This document shows positions 62,929 through 64,000 of a DNA stretch of 64,000 nt, one piece after another. The notes beneath the pieces were generated by a model, which saw nothing but the letters and a program-made list of their open reading frames with translations, ran no database searches and was not told where the DNA came from. The translations under genes and the position numbers were made by a program. The first letter of the stretch is position 1, and each line of letters begins with the position of its first letter. Source of the stretch: Macrostomum lignano (lineage: Eukaryota); contig NIVC01000244.1 in the NCBI GenBank assembly GCA_002269645.1, positions 432,144-496,143 of the forward strand. Reading direction: 5' to 3'.

Positions 62929-63993
62929 GTGTCTCTCTACCTGCAGCCTCATCGAGTCAGCGAGCCAGAGATGCGCGAACTCCAATCCAAGCAGCGTCGA
63001 GCCTTCGGCCCCGCTAGCGGTCGAAGCAGCGACGGCGTGGAGGACGCCTCCGGCAGCGACTCCGAGGAGGCCGTCCTAGCTTTCAACGCTGATGAGGACG
63101 ACATTGTTACCGAAAATGACGTTGCCGAAGTTTCAGGCGGTGGCGGCGGGGGCGCTGACGCCAAGTCGCGTCGTTCGCTGCTCGAGCGTTGCCGGTTTGT
63201 TCGCTGGCTCTCGAGGAAACTGCTTCGCCGTCAGGCTCGCTCGGCGCGCGGCAGCTTCCGAATCCCGGGAGCCGGCGGCGGCGACAGCGTCAAGCTGGGA
63301 GATGCTGAGGCCGAACAGCTGATGTCGCTGCTGCCATGGATGGTGCCTCGAACGAGGCCTCGACCGCTCCGCGAGCTGGCCGCAAGCTCCGGACTGAGCA
63401 TCCAGCTGCTGCGCAGGCTGTACGCCAAATTCAAGCAGGAGTGCCCCAATGGCCTGATGCAGCGCGAGAGTTTCCAGGAAATCTGCGGCTACTTTTTCCC
63501 CCTAGGCGAAGCGTCCCTGTACGCCGGTCTGCTGTTCGACAGTTTTCTGGCCCTGCCGCTTGATGACTCGAGACAGCAGTCGCCGCAGCCAGACAGGCTC
63601 TGCTTCGAGCAGCTCGTGTCCGTGATGAGCCGGCTCAGCCGGGGCTCGCTGCAGGACAAACTTTACTGGCTGTTCGCCCTGTACGACGCCGACAAGGACG
63701 GCCAGATCAGCCGGCGTGACCTGCTGACGGTGGTGACTGGCGTCTACAGCCTCTGCGGCACCGCCTGCCGGCCGGCCGTGCTGCCAAATGTCACCGCGGC
63801 CGAGGTGTCCGAGCGGCTGTTCCTGCGGATGGACGCTGACCAGGACGGCACGGTCTCTTGGTCGGACTTCTCCGCCTACCTCAACGAGAAGCTGCAGCCG
63901 CTGTCGGACTCGGCGGCCGAGGATGCGGCGGTTTCTCAAACGAATCGGCACCTCAGCTTCCTGGTGGAGATGGACCCGCTGTCGCAGATCTGA
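62929..63993 (+). CDS. KCNIP: Kv channel-interacting protein (KChIP/calsenilin)-like neuronal calcium sensor; uninterrupted ORF, first ATG at 62971
   Basis: LYAKFKQECPNG (KChIP LYRGFKNECP.G), FFPLGEASLYAGLLFDSF, LSRGSLQDKLYWLFALYDADKDGQIS and RLFLRMDADQDGTVS are collinear with the KChIP four-EF-hand core. GC-rich coding bias; stop at 63991-63993. A possible acceptor (CTGCAG ending 62946) means an upstream exon cannot be excluded. Confidence 0.92.
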   Translation: MSLYLQPHRVSEPEMRELQSKQRRAFGPASGRSSDGVEDASGSDSEEAVLAFNADEDDIVTENDVAEVSGGGGGGADAKSRRSLLERCRFVRWLSRKLLRRQARSARGSFRIPGAGGGDSVKLGDAEAEQLMSLLPWMVPRTRPRPLRELAASSGLSIQLLRRLYAKFKQECPNGLMQRESFQEICGYFFPLGEASLYAGLLFDSFLALPLDDSRQQSPQPDRLCFEQLVSVMSRLSRGSLQDKLYWLFALYDADKDGQISRRDLLTVVTGVYSLCGTACRPAVLPNVTAAEVSERLFLRMDADQDGTVSWSDFSAYLNEKLQPLSDSAAEDAAVSQTNRHLSFLVEMDPLSQI

Positions 63994-64000
63994 TCTGAGG

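Overview
Animal genomic DNA with spliceosomal GT-AG introns; the repeat load and gene style suggest a free-living flatworm such as Macrostomum, which is inference only. About 25 kb (~40%, summed from approximate array spans) is tandem repeat, and most long ORFs in the six-frame track are translations of these arrays. Three + strand protein genes can be reconstructed by hand: (1) a complete 9-exon SLC7 heteromeric amino-acid transporter light chain (502 aa, 16377-31854); (2) a 7-exon protocadherin with 7 cadherin repeats, one TM helix and a C-terminal -SDV PDZ-type ligand (~1,140 aa, 47767-57198); (3) an uninterrupted KChIP/calsenilin-type calcium sensor ORF (62929-63993) with atypical EF-hands. 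Mobile DNA comprises a decayed Tc1-like transposase, two RTE-like RT fragments, a 5'-truncated LINE between 13-bp direct repeats, two inverted copies of a ~445-bp MITE with 8-bp TSDs, and a tRNA-derived CORE-like SINE. There is no CRISPR array, rRNA or intact tRNA gene, and no new multi-gene system could be established. The best leads are the rewired KChIP, the PDZ-tailed protocadherin, the MITE family and the nested higher-order satellite structure.
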